From the human T2T-CHM13v2.0 reference genome, Homo sapiens, in the NCBI RefSeq assembly GCF_009914755.1, contig NC_060925.1: 64,000 nt of DNA. One strand, given 5' to 3'. Both the position numbers and the translations under genes were made by a program. Below, piece by piece: positions 61,375 through 64,000 of the stretch (positions are counted from its first letter, which is position 1; every line of letters starts with the position of its first letter). The notes beneath the pieces are model-generated. The model was given only the letters and a program-made list of their open reading frames with translations. It had not been told where the DNA came from and searched no databases.

Positions 61375-61615
61375 GTAGCAGTAGACAGGTTTTGGACTTT
61401 GAAATCTTTGACATGAATTTTAATTATAGCTCTGTCATTTACTACCTCGGAGACCTAAGACAGGTCCCTTAACCTTTCTGAGTTTTGGTTTTCTCCTCTG
61501 TAATGTGGAAATAATAATTAGTCCTCAATATAATTGTGAGATTTTGGTAAGCTGATATATATTTTAAAATGATAGCACAGCAATTAACACATAATAGAAA
61601 ATCAATAACTATGAG
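61375..61615 (+). mobile_element. MIR
   Basis: 'gctctgtcatttactacctcggagacctaagacaggtcccttaacctttctgagttttggttttctcctctgtaatgtgg'. Confidence 0.75.
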
Positions 61616-62059
61616 TTTCTTTGTTGTTTTGCTTGATACCTATTTTTGAAAAGCAATTCAGTAACATGTATCAATTCTGAAACTCCTCCTTCTATCCAAC
61701 AATTCCATATCTGGGTATTTTCCTCAGGAGGTGACCTGAACAAAGACAAATATTTATATATAGATATATTTTATCATGTCTGCATTCTTAATGGAGCTCT
61801 TCAGCAATTGGTAAATAGGCTTTCACAAAGAAGACATTCATTTAGGATAACGCTTGGAACTATTTTAGTGTTTGCCTCATCATCAAGCTAGCATTTAGAA
61901 CAAGTACTCTTTCACACATTCATTCCCTTACTCATTCAACAAATATTTGAGTGTTAACTATGTGCAGGGCAGAGTGAAAGAGAATAAAGAGATGAATAAG
62001 ACACTTTCCTCCTTCTCATCAAGCTTATAATGTTGTAAAAATCCAGGTTGCTGATCCAC

Positions 62060-62400
62060 CATTCTTGCCTGATTCTGGCAGACTCTTACTCATCCCTTTG
62101 TCACAGTTCAAATGTCACCTAACGTTTGGTAGATTCTCTGATATTCCTAGTCATCAAAGTACTTGGTTCCTTCCTATTTGCTTCCATAGGATTCTGTACA
62201 TGCCTATTTTTATGGTTGACCACATTATATTGTTAGCGTATGTTTACAAATATCTTGTCTCTTTTGCTGGACTATGAGCCTCTCAATGCAAAAGGCTCCC
62301 CAGTTTTGTTCAAATTTTAAAGGCTGCAGCAACAAAACAGGTAATTATTCTCAATAAACGTCTGTTGATGTATGAACGAATTAATAAACAAATGAAAATC
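62060..62400 (+). mobile_element. L2 3' end
   Basis: 'cagttcaaatgtcacct...ggactatgagcctc...ctcaataaacgtctgttgatgtatgaacgaat'. Confidence 0.7.
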
Positions 62401-64000
62401 AATCACACATTATAACTATGACTTAATTCAAAATTTTAGGATATTTCCTGAAAGATGAATACAGCTTAAAAGGAGGCTAAAGAAGAGATAGTTTACCAGG
62501 TTTGGAAAGCAAGAAAGGCATGATGGAGAGGGTAGAAGTTCATAAGAGCCTCAAAAGATAGAAAGGATCACAATAAAAAAATGAATCTTGGGGTATTCTG
62601 GGTCTATGGATTAACCCGAGCAAAAGCACTGGGCTGCGAAAGTTGGAACAGGGGTATGGTTTATGCATGTTTGGAGGCCAGTATGAAATCCCATTCACGA
62701 AGCCGTTAGAAAACCAGGATAGGAAGGGAGGTTAGAACCATTTTGAAGGACCTTGAAAGAGTGAAGAATTTATTGTGAATTTTATAGGTTGTGTGCATAG
62801 TATATGTGTGTAGGAGGTGACAAGGAATATATTTTAGGAAAATAAAAGTTACTCAGGAAAATAGTTCCAGCAATATATAAATTATACCTGGATGTAAGGG
62901 TCGTGTAGGAGTGAGAATGCAGAGATGCAGGTAGAGACCAAATGGGAGGCTAGAGGAAGGAAATTTAGGTTAGGGTAGTGGGGTCAGAGACACACTTATA
63001 GGAAAACTACCAGGTCAATTGCCTTAGCTTTGGGGCACCACATATTACATAGCAGCATACCTCCCAAGTATTCACAAAGGGAATACATTAAAACCTCTAT
63101 CCCCCAGTAACTCGAGAGCAAGATTTCAGTGCTGCTGCTATATAAAATGAATGAGGACCAGCTCTGATTTTACAGAGCTTTTTTAGCCCAAAAAGGAGAC
63201 AAAGAAGCGCACAAGCAACTGTAATCTTAGATAGGGTATGATAAGTGACAAAGGCATATGAAAAAGAGATCCCAAAGGTTCAGAGCTCTAGTTCTTGTGA
63301 GCTGCTTTGCAATCTTACCTTCTTAAGACGGCTTTACTCTGTATTCATGTCTAACTCTGCTAGTTAATGTTAGTAAAGTTAGGAAAGGTATAACCTCAGG
63401 AATGTCACTTAACCTTCCTGGGATTTATTTTGTCATCTGTTGCCTATTGATAACTTAAATTATGTTTGTTTGCTTCAGTTATGGAATATTATCTATCTTC
63501 GATCTCCAGTCACTATGCCCACTCACTTGTGGGATACTCCACAGGTTTCATCTTCCCTGTGCAGAGCTGACCATTCAACTGGTTGTGACCAAGGGTTTCT
63601 ATAAATTTTGAGCAACTGGAGAACTTTTCAGCACAAGGAGCTTGCTTAGCTCCCTGTTGGGTGGGGTTTAGAGCCAGCTCCATAGTCTCTCTACTCCTTT
63701 TATGGAAAGGCTCCTGCCTTTCCATAAATAATCAGTAGGAACATACTCCAAAACAGCTCCTAAATGGAGCAATGTATAATGTGTATGCCTGAAACATTCC
63801 AGACAATGACATGTCCATCTGGTTGGTACTGACTAGGAGTGTTAAGCATTTGGTGAGGTCTAGATAAGTGAGGAAGATATATGATACTTAAAGGATATAG
63901 ACAAGGGGAAGAATTTCTGGAGGGATAATAACAAGAGCAAAGGCACGAAGGAAGAAATTGATATGGATAGAATAGTAAAGAAATATTCTAGATTTAGAAA

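Overview
This is primate (human-like) non-coding genomic DNA, AT-rich and dominated by interspersed repeats. I found no host protein-coding exon, rRNA, tRNA or CRISPR array. Every ORF with a recognisable product is a LINE-1 or Tigger transposase remnant. Main contents: a full-length ~6.1 kb L1PA6-like LINE-1 inserted into a Kanga/Tc2 DNA transposon; a rearranged L1PA7-like element with an internal inversion and ~2 kb deletion; several 5'-truncated L1s; a near full-length Tigger1 carrying two nested Alus; six Alus in total; two HERV-K-class solo LTRs (MER11, MER9) with 6-bp TSDs; MaLR LTRs; MER DNA-transposon derivatives; many MIR/L2 fragments; and a U13 snoRNA retrocopy. I see no evidence of a novel multi-gene biological system. 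The best leads are two open antisense L1 ORF0-like frames on the + strand, the unusual L1PA7 architecture, a 141-bp templated copy of MER11 sequence flanked by an inverted repeat, and a minus-strand bias of large retroelements suggesting an intron of a + strand gene. Subfamily names come from my recollection of consensus sequences, not a database search, and boundaries of old repeats are approximate.
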